Below, in pieces: positions 1 to 10,619 of a stretch of 64,000 bases of DNA (positions are counted from its first letter, which is position 1; each line of letters begins with the position of its first letter). The DNA is taken from the NCBI GenBank assembly GCA_043228905.1, contig JBHGNT010000003.1:12772001-12836000 (forward strand). Reading direction: 5' to 3'. Source of the stretch: Azolla caroliniana. Taxonomy: Eukaryota > Plantae > Polypodiophyta. The notes below the pieces were generated by a model. That model made no database searches. It saw nothing but the letters and a program-made list of their open reading frames with translations, and was not told the origin of the DNA. The translations under genes and the position numbers were made by a program.

Positions 1-700
1 ATCTCTTTCATGTTCTTCTTTTTTCTCATATTCTCATGTCCAACATGAGTCTTCCTATCTTCGATTTGAAGTTTCTTCCATGAATAGTAAGTGGTTCATA
101 AATAGAGGACATTTTTCCTTATGTTTATCTTTCTTCTCATCTTCTCATCTTCATCTTTTTTTCATGTAGATTTTTTTTATGTACATCTTTCTTATGTTCA
201 TCTTTCTTTCTCTATTCTCATGTAGATATTTTTCATGTTCATATTTCTTTTCTTATTATCATGTTCATCTTTCTCTTGTAGGTTTTTTCATGTTCATATT
301 TCTTCTCTTATTCTCATGTCCAATATAAGTATTCCAATCTTCGATTTTAAGGTTCGTCTATAAATCATAAGCAATTCATACATAGAGGAGCTTCTTCCGC
401 ATTTTCATCTTATTTTTCATATTCTTGTGTTCATCTTACTCTTGTGGATTCTTTTCTTGGTCATCTTTCTTATTTTTCATATTCTTTTCTCGTATTTTTG
501 TGTTCATCTTTGTCATGTATATTATTTCCATGCTCATCATTTTTCTTGTATTCTCATGTTCATCTTTGTCATGTAGATTTTTTGCATGTTCACCATTCTT
601 CGTATATTTTATCATTTTAATATATAAACCATGGTTTTCTTGTATATGATTTTTTTATGTGATTCCTTGTCATATTCAAATTTTTTATGTTGCATGTTTA
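1..700. repeat. Degenerate pyrimidine-rich low-complexity/tandem repeat region
   Basis: Recurring ctcatgttcatcttt and catgtagatttt motifs; a ~100-bp segment at 29-130 recurs at ~310-410. Confidence 0.5.
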
Positions 701-989
701 TCTTTCTTCCTCTATTTCTTGCTTTTCATATTTAAAAACATGTTATCATTGGTTATGAAATTACTAATACAACTTTTGTTGATTTATTATGCTTGCAGGT
801 CCCATTTGGTAATATTAGTATACAACTAATTGTAACCTTGATTGCTTTAATTACTTTCCTTGGTATTTTTTTTTAAGTAATACATATAATTGAAAATGGG
901 AGTCATCAATTAGATTGACATGTCTTGTTTACCAATAGACAGTATATAGTATGTATAATTTTCAAAAATTGATCTATTAATCAGTCTTT

Positions 990-1259
990 CATTTTTTTTT
1001 AAGAAGATGTAAGTTTTGCCCACAACCCATATTTGGTACAGTGAGCTTGATGTGGTAACTATCATATTGTGAAATGGAAACAAATTTCGAGTACGTTGTA
1101 GAAAATATAGGGAATAGACTAGTTAGGAAAAATATTAATTGGGCATATAAGGAGACATATGTTACTATGCTTGTCTTAGAGTTTCAAAATCAACTCTAGG
1201 AGTTCATTCCACGTAAATTTAGGGGTTATGGGCAAAATTCACAATTAAAGGATTGCAAG
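990..1259 (+). pseudogene. Upstream exon remnant of a DNA-transposase-like (Sola2-like) gene
   Basis: Manual translation of 1086-1259 gives FEYVVENIGNRLVRKNINWAYKETYVTMLVLEFQNQL*EFIPRKFRGYGQNSQLKDCK, ending at a donor AAG|gtaaat (1259/1260) and preceded by CKFC and VKWK. It resembles the 'W..FEY...YKET...FI.HNF..WQ..QFK.C' block I recall upstream of HGKG..DG transposases. Confidence 0.45.
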
Positions 1260-1379
1260 GTAAATTGATTAGGTACACAGTTCTAAGTCTATTCAACTAA
1301 TACTTCATAGGCCTTCAACTATTACTTTAGTTTCCTATACTTTCTAATCTTTAATGAAAACTTAGAACTAATTGTATTC

Positions 1380-2469
1380 AAACTTGTCTACATTACTAAT
1401 ATTAATTTAGTCTCCTACATTTAGTGTTGTTCAATAAAAACTTTTTACTTTTCTTCCAATGTGCATTACTACTAATAATGTGTTTACCTGTGTTTAGTAT
1501 TTTTAAATAATAACTTAGTATTGTCTTCCAATGTGCATCAATGCTAATTATGTATTTACCAATATCTAGTACTTTTAAATAGCAATGTAGTATTGTCCTC
1601 CCATGCACATCAATACTAATTGTATATTTACCTATATTTAGTATTTTTATATAACAACTTAGTATTGTTGTTCTATATGCATCATCACTAATTCTCTATT
1701 CACCTATTCTTAGTGCTTTGAATAACAACTTAGTATTGCTATCATATGTGCATCATTACTAATTATTTGTTTAACCATGTTTAGTATTTTTAAATGACAA
1801 CTTAGTATTGTCCTCCCATATGTGGCAGTACTAATTTTCTACTCACTTATGTTTAGTATCTATAAATAATAACTTACTACTGTCCTCCCACGTGCATCGG
1901 TACTAATTGTATATTTACCTAAGTTTAATATTTTTAAATAAAAACTTAACATTGTCCCCCCATGTGTGTCAGTACTAATATTTTATTCACGTATGTTTAG
2001 TATCTACAAATAATAACTTAGTACTATCCTCCCATGTGAATCAGTACTAATTGTGTATTTACCTAAGTTTAGTATTTTTAAATAAAAATTTAATACTATC
2101 CTCCCATGTGTGTCAATACTAATTTTCTACTCACTTATCTTTAGTATTTTTAAATAACAACTTAGTACTATCCTCCCATGTGAATCAGTACTAATTGTCT
2201 ATTCACGTGTTTAGTATAGATATAAATAAAAACTAAGTATTGTCCTCCCATGTAAACCGGTACTAATTGTCTATTCACGTATGTTTAGTATCTACAAGTA
2301 ATAACGTAGTATTGTCCTCCATCTGCATCAGTACTAATTTACAACATAATACTATCCTTAATTTACAACTTAGTACTATCCTCCCACGTGCACAAGTACT
2401 GATTATGTTTTAAGCCATGTAAAATATTCTTAATTTACAACATAGTACTATCCTTAATTTACAACTTAG
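1380..2469. repeat. 72-bp tandem repeat array A (left part)
   Basis: Unit is approximately ttagtattgtcctcccatgtgcatcagtactaattgtatatttacctatgtttagtatttttaaataacaac; register points at 1515, 1587, 1659, 1730, 1802, 1874. Confidence 0.9.
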
Positions 2470-2655
2470 TGTCGAATACAAGTGTATAATGGACGTATTC
2501 ACACTATCCCTTTCTATAGCCCAAGTTTGGGGCATTTGTGTAATTATCATAAAGGGTAGTTGCCCTAAGTCGGTCACTATATATAGTGACCTTGTAACCT
2601 TTTTGTAAGGTTGGGCGTTGTATTATTGCTTTGTGGAATAGAAAGTCTTTTGTGT

Positions 2656-2697
<42 letters not shown>

Positions 2698-2783
2698 AAC
2701 GACCTAGAAACTGTCATACGCAGGTATTCAACACTAATCGAATGCTTCAACGATCTTACGCATAGACGACCTTGTCTCCAACA
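2470..2783 (+). repeat. 5' LTR of element 1
   Basis: tgtcgaataca...ctccaaca with an internal (CT)n tract; near-identical to 7502-7815. Confidence 0.97.
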
Positions 2784-2785
2784 TC

Positions 2786-2797
2786 TGGTATCAGAGC
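2786..2797 (+). promoter_or_regulatory. Primer-binding site (tRNA-iMet)
   Basis: TGGTATCAGAGC two nt after the LTR end. Confidence 0.92.
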
Positions 2798-3276
2798 CTG
2801 CACAGTATTCGGTCCTTCATCCCGCTGTCGGCCGTCGTCTCAGCCTGCACAGCATTCGGTTTCTTGCGTCATTCGAAGAAGAGAGAAGAAGAAGAAAAAC
2901 GAGACTTGCATCTCATCACGTTAGATCATCTTCGCTTGGAGTAAGCCAGCAGGTTGTACTCTGTCCCTTGTGATCGTAACCGCTCGAGGTGAAATCCCCT
3001 TGTGCAACTTTGACAACAACCCAAATTCGTGCTTCATCTGGCTGATCGACATTCGGGAGGATCAGTCGGATCCGTCTCTCTCATTGCTGCAGTCAACCGA
3101 AGCAGAATCGGTCCAGATAATCGGTTTTAATAATCGGTATTCGGCATATATATCCGAAGCCGAACCGACTCGGGTTCAAATCCGACTAGAACGATATCGG
3201 GTGAGCCAACCGGCTGCACTCCAACAAGGTTCGTAGTCAACTCCGAACCGAGCTTCGTCAACCGAAACCGAATTTG

Positions 3277-6200
3277 ATGGCATCAACATCCGGCTCGTCA
3301 GAAATGAGTCTCCGAAAGTTCGATGGATCGAACTTCAACTTCTGGAAGGAACAAATGCAGGACTATCTCATAGTCAAGGGGCAAATCGATCCCATCGAAA
3401 ATGAAGAACCTCCAGAAGGATACAAACCAGTTGAGTGGCAGAAGCTGGACAGAATCGTCCGCGCCACGATTCGGATGCACCTATCGGAGTCGGTATACTT
3501 TACGGTGCAATCGTGTACGACAGCATTCGAACTGTGGAAAACACTGTCGGACACTTACGAAAAGAAGGTCGCCGCAACGAAGATGTTTCTGATCCGGCGC
3601 CTCTACAACTTGCGGATGAAAGAATCTGATTCGGTTCAAGCACACCTCAATGAGTACGAAAGCATAAGCTCCCAAATCTCGTCACAGGGGACGGCAATCG
3701 AGGATGAACTCAGAGCAATGATACTCATGAGCAGCCTTCCCTCATCATGGGAAACTTTCGTCACAACTGTGTGCAACGCGTCAACCACGGCTGTTAAATA
3801 CTCCGAAGTCACGAGCGCGATCCTGACCGAAGCAGCTCGGAGAAAGTCTTTCGCCAAAGACTCAACAGAAGACGCTTATGTAGTACAAGGTTCGACAGAC
3901 CGATCGAACATACGAGGAAGAGATTCCTCACGACCGCCGAACAATCAGCGAAGACGGAGCCAGTCACGGGATAACCGAATCTGCAACTACTGCAAGAAAC
4001 CCGGACACATCAAAGCCGACTGCCGCGCACTCAAGAACAAGAACGACAAGTCTCAGAGATCCGACAAGAAGAGTGGCCGGCATGAGGAGATCAATTACGT
4101 CAGCTTCTCAGCTGATGTGCTACCAGACGACCCGAATATACTATCAATCGAAAATCCAGTCGGATCAGAAGTTCTGCTCACGACTGAAGAATCGAGCACA
4201 TGGCTCTTAGATTCGGGCGCGTCATTTCACGTGACTCCTCATCGATCCCAATTCCGGCAATATACGATCCGTCACTCCGACTCAGTTCGAGTCGGTAACT
4301 CGCAACACTGTGACATCATCGGAATCGGCACAGTAGAGCTCAACCTTGCAGGTGGCTCTACACTTGTACTCCACAATGTCCGACATGTACCCGAGCTCTC
4401 AAGGCCATTGATCTCAGTCGGACAACTAGATGAAGACGGCATTCGTGCCGGTTTTTCTTCGGGAGGGTGGACACTCCACAGGGGGAACCTCCTGCTTGCT
4501 AGAGGACCCAAGATACACTCCCTGTATCCGTTACATGTTACGCTCAGAGAGGGTAACCTGTTTTTGGTGGATATTCCTGTGTCATCACTATGGCACAGAA
4601 GATTAGGACACCTCAGCAAGGCCGGCATCACGCACCTATCTAGAGCCAGATACATCCCCAAACTCTCCTTCTCCGACCATCAATTCTGCGAGCATTGCCA
4701 GTATGGCAAACAAGCAGCCGCATCACACCCGACATCAGCACCAAGAGAAACGAGACCTCTCGATTTGGTCCACTCGGACGTCTGTGGCCCAATGCCGCAT
4801 CAGTCTCTCGGCGGTGCCTCTTACTTCGTCACTTTTATTGACGATTCGACTCGAAAGGTGTGGGCTTATCCAATTCGCACCAAAGATCGGGTCTTCTCGA
4901 TATTCTCAGATTGGCTCGCTATGGTAGAAAATCAAACCGACCGAAAGCTGAAATGCTTTCGGACAGACAATGGGGGAGAGTTCAAATCCGAAGAATTCGT
5001 CAAATTCTGCCGACAACGCGGCATCCGACGTGAATTTACGGCACCACACAGTCCGGAGCAAAACGGGATTGCAGAACGAATGAATCGGACAATCCAAGAA
5101 AGGATAGTTTCCATGCTCCAACACTCCGGACTGTCGGATGGCTTCTGGGCAGAGGCTCTACTCACGGCAGTACACATAATCAATATGTCGCCAAGTAGAC
5201 CTCTAGGACTTCAAATTCCTCAGGAACTATGGATCGGCAGTAAGCCGAATTACGACAAGCTGAGGATCTTCGGATGCGAGGCGTACGCCCTTATTCCGAA
5301 AGATGATCGCCGAAAACTTGCACCTCGGTCCAGGAAATGCATTTTCCTTGGATATGGATCCGACGGCGAAATGGGATACCGACTCTGGGACCCCGAACGC
5401 AGGCAAATCGTTCGAAGTTCGGACGTTGTGTTCAACGAGTCGGCTATGAATCCATCAGTCGAAAAACCGATCGAAGTCCGAAGGGTAACGTTTTCCGATG
5501 TGCCGACCCTTCAAGAAGGCCCCGCTCTCAACACACGGTCAGCTTCACGGGTAGCTGAACCTTACACTACCGACTCGGACAACTCCGACTCGGCACAGCA
5601 GAACAATCCGCTTTCGGACCATCCGACCTCGATACCCGATGCGACCAGTCCAATCATACCTCGACGATCCGAGAGACTGTCGCAACCTCCGGAGAGGTAC
5701 TCTCCTGGAATTTTCTTCACTGACGCCGGCGAACCGACGTCTTACGAAGAAGCATCGACATCTGTCGATTCCGCCACCTGGCATCTGGCGATGGAGTCGG
5801 AAATGCACTCCATTCGGGCAAACAAGACTTGGGATCTGGTCGAATTACCTAGGAACCGACGTGCTCTTCCTTGCAAGTGGGTTTATCGACTAAAAGAGAC
5901 GTCTGATTCGACCACCCCAAAGTACAAGGCCAGATTAGTTGCGAAGGGCTTCCGACAAGAATATGGCGTCGACTTCGACGAGATTTTTTCACCAGTGGTG
6001 AAAATGACAACCCTTCGTTTTCTGCTCGGCGTCGTGGCAGCCGACAACTTGGAGCTGATTCAGCTAGATGTCAAAACAGCCTTCCTCCATGGTGATCTCG
6101 AGGAGGAAATTTATATGGAGCAGCCAAAAGGCTTCGTGGCAACTGGCCAAGAACATCTAGTCTACCGACTCAGGAAGAGTCTATACGGCCTCAAACAGGC

Positions 6201-7308
6201 ACCGCGACAATGGTACAAGAAGTTCGACGACTTCGTCCAATCGATCGGCTTCTCAAAAAGCGATGAGGACCATTGTCTCTTTACCAACACAGCTCAAGAT
6301 GGATCACCCATCTTCCTCATCATTTACGTGGACGACATGCTCATTTCTGGACGCCACGCGGGCGAACTTGCCGATCTCGTTCGGCAACTGCGGTTGAAGT
6401 TTGCCATGAAGGACCTCGGTCCGGCACGACACATCCTTGGCATGAAAATTAGTCGGCATCGCGATAAACGACATCTTTTTTTGTCTCAGACCGACTATAT
6501 CGGACGTGTCTTGGAACGCTTCAACATGCAATCAGCCAAATCTGCTTCAACCCCGCTCCCCATGAATCTTCGGCTCTCTCAGCGAGACTGCCCGACATCC
6601 GGTCCGGAGGGGGAAGATATGAAGTCGGTACCGTATGCACCGGCAGTCGGCTCCCTTATGTACCTGATGGTCGCGACACGGCCTGATATTTCTCACGCCG
6701 TAGGAGTCGTTAGCAGATTTATGCACAATCCTGGCCGATCGCATTGGAACGCAGTCAAGCATGTGTTCAGATATCTGGTTGGCACAAAAGACCACGGCAT
6801 TCTTTTCGGTCCGAACCGAACCTCAGGCGTAGTCGGTTACACCGACTCGGATTTCGCCGGCTGTATAGACAGTCGGAAATCAACAACCGGATACTGCTTC
6901 AAATTCGGCAATGGAGCAATCTCGTGGAAGTCGAAACTTCAGGAGTGCACAGCGACCTCAACGACCGAAGCAGAATATATAGCTGCGTCCGACGCAGCAA
7001 AAGAAGCTTTGTGGCTCGGTCGGCTGGCGCACACGTTTCGACAAGTCGACCATGACTCAGCTCCAGTTGTCTACAGCGACAGTCAAGGTGCTGTTGCCCT
7101 GTCGAAAAATCCGGTTCACCACAACGCCTCCAAACATATCGACGTTCGATATCACTTCGTTCGGGACTGCGTCATTTCAGGGAAAATCGGTCTAGAGAAA
7201 ATATCCACAACCGACAATGTCGCAGATGGAATGACCAAGTGTCTTTCGGCAGACCGTTTTCGGTCTCTTCGGCATCAGATGGGCGTAACGACAAACCAGT
7301 CCGGTTAG
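3277..7308 (+). CDS. gag-pol: Copia Gag-Pol polyprotein (gag, CCHC knuckle, protease, integrase, RT, RNase H)
   Basis: CNYCKKPGHIKADC, WLLDSGASFH, GAG-pre-integrase WHRRLGH, LVHSDVCGP..TDNGGEF..AERMNRT, QLDVKTAFLHG, YVDDML, YTDSDFAG; PR-IN-RT-RH order. Confidence 0.97.
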   Translation: MASTSGSSEMSLRKFDGSNFNFWKEQMQDYLIVKGQIDPIENEEPPEGYKPVEWQKLDRIVRATIRMHLSESVYFTVQSCTTAFELWKTLSDTYEKKVAATKMFLIRRLYNLRMKESDSVQAHLNEYESISSQISSQGTAIEDELRAMILMSSLPSSWETFVTTVCNASTTAVKYSEVTSAILTEAARRKSFAKDSTEDAYVVQGSTDRSNIRGRDSSRPPNNQRRRSQSRDNRICNYCKKPGHIKADCRALKNKNDKSQRSDKKSGRHEEINYVSFSADVLPDDPNILSIENPVGSEVLLTTEESSTWLLDSGASFHVTPHRSQFRQYTIRHSDSVRVGNSQHCDIIGIGTVELNLAGGSTLVLHNVRHVPELSRPLISVGQLDEDGIRAGFSSGGWTLHRGNLLLARGPKIHSLYPLHVTLREGNLFLVDIPVSSLWHRRLGHLSKAGITHLSRARYIPKLSFSDHQFCEHCQYGKQAAASHPTSAPRETRPLDLVHSDVCGPMPHQSLGGASYFVTFIDDSTRKVWAYPIRTKDRVFSIFSDWLAMVENQTDRKLKCFRTDNGGEFKSEEFVKFCRQRGIRREFTAPHSPEQNGIAERMNRTIQERIVSMLQHSGLSDGFWAEALLTAVHIINMSPSRPLGLQIPQELWIGSKPNYDKLRIFGCEAYALIPKDDRRKLAPRSRKCIFLGYGSDGEMGYRLWDPERRQIVRSSDVVFNESAMNPSVEKPIEVRRVTFSDVPTLQEGPALNTRSASRVAEPYTTDSDNSDSAQQNNPLSDHPTSIPDATSPIIPRRSERLSQPPERYSPGIFFTDAGEPTSYEEASTSVDSATWHLAMESEMHSIRANKTWDLVELPRNRRALPCKWVYRLKETSDSTTPKYKARLVAKGFRQEYGVDFDEIFSPVVKMTTLRFLLGVVAADNLELIQLDVKTAFLHGDLEEEIYMEQPKGFVATGQEHLVYRLRKSLYGLKQAPRQWYKKFDDFVQSIGFSKSDEDHCLFTNTAQDGSPIFLIIYVDDMLISGRHAGELADLVRQLRLKFAMKDLGPARHILGMKISRHRDKRHLFLSQTDYIGRVLERFNMQSAKSASTPLPMNLRLSQRDCPTSGPEGEDMKSVPYAPAVGSLMYLMVATRPDISHAVGVVSRFMHNPGRSHWNAVKHVFRYLVGTKDHGILFGPNRTSGVVGYTDSDFAGCIDSRKSTTGYCFKFGNGAISWKSKLQECTATSTTEAEYIAASDAAKEALWLGRLAHTFRQVDHDSAPVVYSDSQGAVALSKNPVHHNASKHIDVRYHFVRDCVISGKIGLEKISTTDNVADGMTKCLSADRFRSLRHQMGVTTNQSG

Positions 7309-7501
7309 AGCCGGACACAGAGCAGGATGGTTCCCGACAACCGACATCAGTTCCTTAATGATCGGCTTCAACTGTTCCGACCCGACCAGTTCGGTCTTCT
7401 ACCTTCGGACCCTGCCGACCCGAACAAAGCTGATATGTCCGAGAACCTAAGTCTATACCTGTAATCTTAGATAACCCATGTATACGCCCATTACGGGGGA
7501 G

Positions 7502-7685
7502 TGTCGAATACAAGTGTATAATGGACGTATTCACACTATCCCTTTCTATAGCCCAAGTTTGGGGCATTTGTGTAATTATCATAAAGGGTAGTTGCCCTAA
7601 GTCGGTCACTATATATAGTGACCTTGTAACCTTTTTGTAAGGTTGGGCGTTGTATTATTGCTTTGTGGAATAGAAAGTCTTTTGT

Positions 7686-7729
<44 letters not shown>

Positions 7730-7815
7730 AACGACCTAGAAACTGTCATACGCAGGTATTCAGCACTAATCGAATGCTTCAACGATCTTACGCATAGACG
7801 ACCTTGTCTCCAACA
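7502..7815 (+). repeat. 3' LTR of element 1
   Basis: Preceded by PPT 7495-7501; followed by TSD CTTAG. Confidence 0.97.
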
Positions 7816-8215
7816 CTTAGTACTATCCTCCCACATGCACAAGTACTGATTATGTTTTAAGCCATGTAAAATATTCTTAATTTACAACATAGTACTATCC
7901 TCCCACGTCAATCAGTACTAATTCTATTTTAAGCCATGTTAATTTTATTTTAAGCCATGTTAATTTTATTTTAAGCCATGTTAAGTATTCTTAATTTACA
8001 ACTTAGTACTGTCCTCCCATGTGCACAAGTATTCATTATGGTTTTAGCCATGTAAAGTATTCTTACTTTACAACTTAGTACTATCCTCCCACATCTATTA
8101 GTACTAATTCTGTTTTAAGACATGTTAAGTATTCTTAATTTACAACTTAGTAATGTCCTCCCACATGAATCAATATTAATTAAGTTTTAAGCCATGTTAA
8201 GTATTGTTTGGCTAC
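7816..8215. repeat. 72-bp tandem repeat array A (right part)
   Basis: Same cttagtactatcctccca...gtactaatt...ttaatttacaa unit resumes in register after the TSD. Confidence 0.88.
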
Positions 8216-8280
8216 CTGTGATGTACTAACTTAGTATTGTTACTAATGTTTGTTGGCTACCTGTGATGCAAAACGCCCAG

Positions 8281-9165
8281 GTACTTCTCATTGACCAACA
8301 TTAGGATGCAATGGAACTACTTCAGGTTTGGACATGAAAGGGAGAGCATGATGGGGTGGAGGTTGTGATCAAGCATGCTCTTATAAGCAAGAAGGTGGAT
8401 AGTAAAGGTACTAAGTTACAAAATGCACATGATGTTGTGGAGTGGCTAACATGGAAGATGTCAAATGATGGTAAGAATAGATTGTTTATTGAGATTCGTG
8501 CTAATGAGTTGGATAGAAGTAAATCATATGGTTGTAAAACCATGAAAAAGTACGTGTAAGATCCATTGTTCTTTAGGGTTTTGTCACAAGGACACAACAC
8601 AATTGTTATTTCGCAGTTTATCATGCTTTTATTCCGTGTGTATTATAGGTGAATCTTGGGATGAATGCACCAATCTATCAATCGTGGATTCATGGAAGTT
8701 GCAGAAGCTTGAGATTCAACGACAAGATGATATTTAAGAAAACGAACATTCAAACAATATTGTATACTATAACCATTGTGCACTTTTATTGGAGATCATT
8801 TTGCAGTGCTTAAATCTCCTCAAAATGAAGATTTTGAATGAAGACTACTACATTGTGGTGTGCAAGCAAGGGACCACAATATTGAAAGAAGTGGTAAGCG
8901 ATGGTTGGGGCAACATGTCCAACGTTGACGAGTCTATCATCTGTGGGAACTATTATGCAAAGTTTCCACAATTCAAGAATACGTATGCATTATTGCAAGA
9001 TGCACCCACTACCATAATCTATGATGATGTCATTATCGCAATCAAGTTCACTATGACTTAGGCAAAGCACAAAATTAAGGGATACAAAACTATCTACAAG
9101 GTCCCTCAAGATGTACATGAACACATATTGGGGGAGGTCTCCCTCTTTAATGCTTTGAATTTTAA
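8281..9165 (+). pseudogene. Last exon remnant of the DNA-transposase-like (Sola2-like) gene
   Basis: Acceptor cag|G at 8280/8281. Frameshift-corrected translation: YFSLTNIRMQWNYFRFGH(x)KGEHDGVEVVIKHAL..KLQNAHDVVEWL..GTCKIH..LFRSLSCFYSVCIIGESWDECTN..DYYIVVC..DGWGN..IICGNYY. Several stops and frameshifts. Confidence 0.6.
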
Positions 9166-9267
9166 CTGTTAATATATTCTAGAAACCTTGTAGAATGGTG
9201 ATCTTGAGTGTCAGATCTTCATATGTAACTTCACAAATTATCCTAATTAGGGATGACAAATTCATCA

Positions 9268-10268
9268 ATATATATCCTCTTTGGTTTTCCTAAAGTTTTT
9301 GGCACTCTTATAGTGTTAATTGTTTCTAGTAATGTATATATCCTCTTTGGTTTGCATAAAGTGATTGGTGCTTATATAGTGTTAAATTTTTCTAGTAATA
9401 TATTATCCTCTTTGGTTTTCATAAAGTGTTTGGTGCTAATATAATGTTAAATGTTTCTAGTGATATATTATCTTCTTTGGTTTTCATAATGTGTTTGTTG
9501 CTCTTGTAGTGTTAATTGTTTCTAGTAATGTATATATCCTCTTTGGTGTTCGTTAAGTGTTTGGTGCTCTTATAGTGTTAAATTTTTCTAGTAATGTAAT
9601 ATCCTCTTTGGTTTTCATAAAGTGTTTGGTGCTAATATAATGTTAAATGTTTCTAGTGATATATTATCTTCTTTGGTTTTCATAATGTGTTTGTTGCTCT
9701 TGTAGTGTTAATTGTTTCTAGTAATGTATATATCCTCTTTGGTGTTCGTTAAGTGTTTGGTGCTCTTATAGTGTTAAATTTTTCTAGTAATGTAATATCC
9801 TCTTTGGTTTTCATAAAGTGTGTGGTGCTCTTATAGTGTTAACTGTTTCTAGTAATGTATTATCCTCTTTGGTATTCATAAAGTGTTTGGTGCTCTTGTA
9901 GTGTTAACTATTTCTAGTAATGCATTATCCTCTTTGATTTTCATAAAGTATTTGGTGCTCTTATAGTGTTAACTGTTTCTAGTAATCTATATATCCTCTT
10001 TGGTGTTCGTTAAGTGTTTGGTGCTCCTATAGTGGTAAATGTTTCTAGCAATGTAATATCCTCTTTGGTTTTCAGAATGTGTTTGGTGCTCTTATAGTGT
10101 TAACTATTTCTAGTACAGTATATATCCTCTTTGATTTTCATAAAGTATTTGGTGCTCTTATAGTGCTAACTGTTTCTAGTAATATATATATCCTCTTTGG
10201 TTTTCATAATGTGTTTGGTGCTCTTATAGTGTTAACTGTTTCTAGTCATGTATATATCCTCTTTTGTT
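9268..10268. repeat. 65/66-bp tandem repeat array B
   Basis: Unit atcctctttggttttcataaagtgtttggtgctcttatagtgttaactgtttctagtaatgtatat; register at 9274, 9340, 9405, 9470, 9536; about 15 copies. Confidence 0.93.
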
Positions 10269-10279
10269 CACTATAATAG

Positions 10280-10445
10280 CTATTATGCAAAGTTACGACA
10301 GTTCTCCCACATGTATGCTTTAGTAAAAGATGCACCCCCCCCCATAATCTATGTTGAGGCCATTATCGCAAACAAGTTCACTATGACTCCAAAAAAGCAC
10401 AAGGGAAGTAAATTGTCTACAAGGTCCCTCAAGAGGTACATGATG
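10280..10445 (+). pseudogene. Duplicated 3' tail of the transposase-like exon
   Basis: YYAKLRQFSHMYALVKDAPPPIIYVEAIIANKFTMT parallels YYAKFPQFKNTYALLQDAPTTIIYDDVIIAIKFTMT at ~8950-9060. Confidence 0.75.
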
Positions 10446-10619
10446 TCATAAACATCTTTGGAGTGTAATGGAATCAACATTCCTCTTCTCATAAAACATC
10501 ATATTCATACTTAGGGAGAGAACAAAAACAATGTCAGACAAATCAATTCGGCACATAATAAGTATAAAAAGGATATATCCTTTCGATATGACAATAACAA
10601 GTACAAACCAAGACCCATA

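Larger units (their letters stand above)
2470..7815 (+). mobile_element. Intact Ty1/copia LTR retrotransposon (element 1)
   Basis: Two 314-bp TG..CA LTRs, TSD CTTAG (2465-2469 and 7816-7820), PBS TGGTATCAGAGC, PPT GGGGGAG, single uninterrupted gag-pol ORF. Confidence 0.98.

Noticed and set aside
425-649. 74-aa hydrophobic ORF
   Set aside because: By-product of T-rich low-complexity repeats.
2611-3236. ORFs upstream of element 1 gag-pol
   Set aside because: They run through the LTR (CT)n tract, PBS and leader, have non-ATG starts and show no domain.
9253-10276. Hydrophobic repeat-peptide ORFs in array B
   Set aside because: Mixed 65/66-bp units break the frame, so these are chance translations of a satellite.
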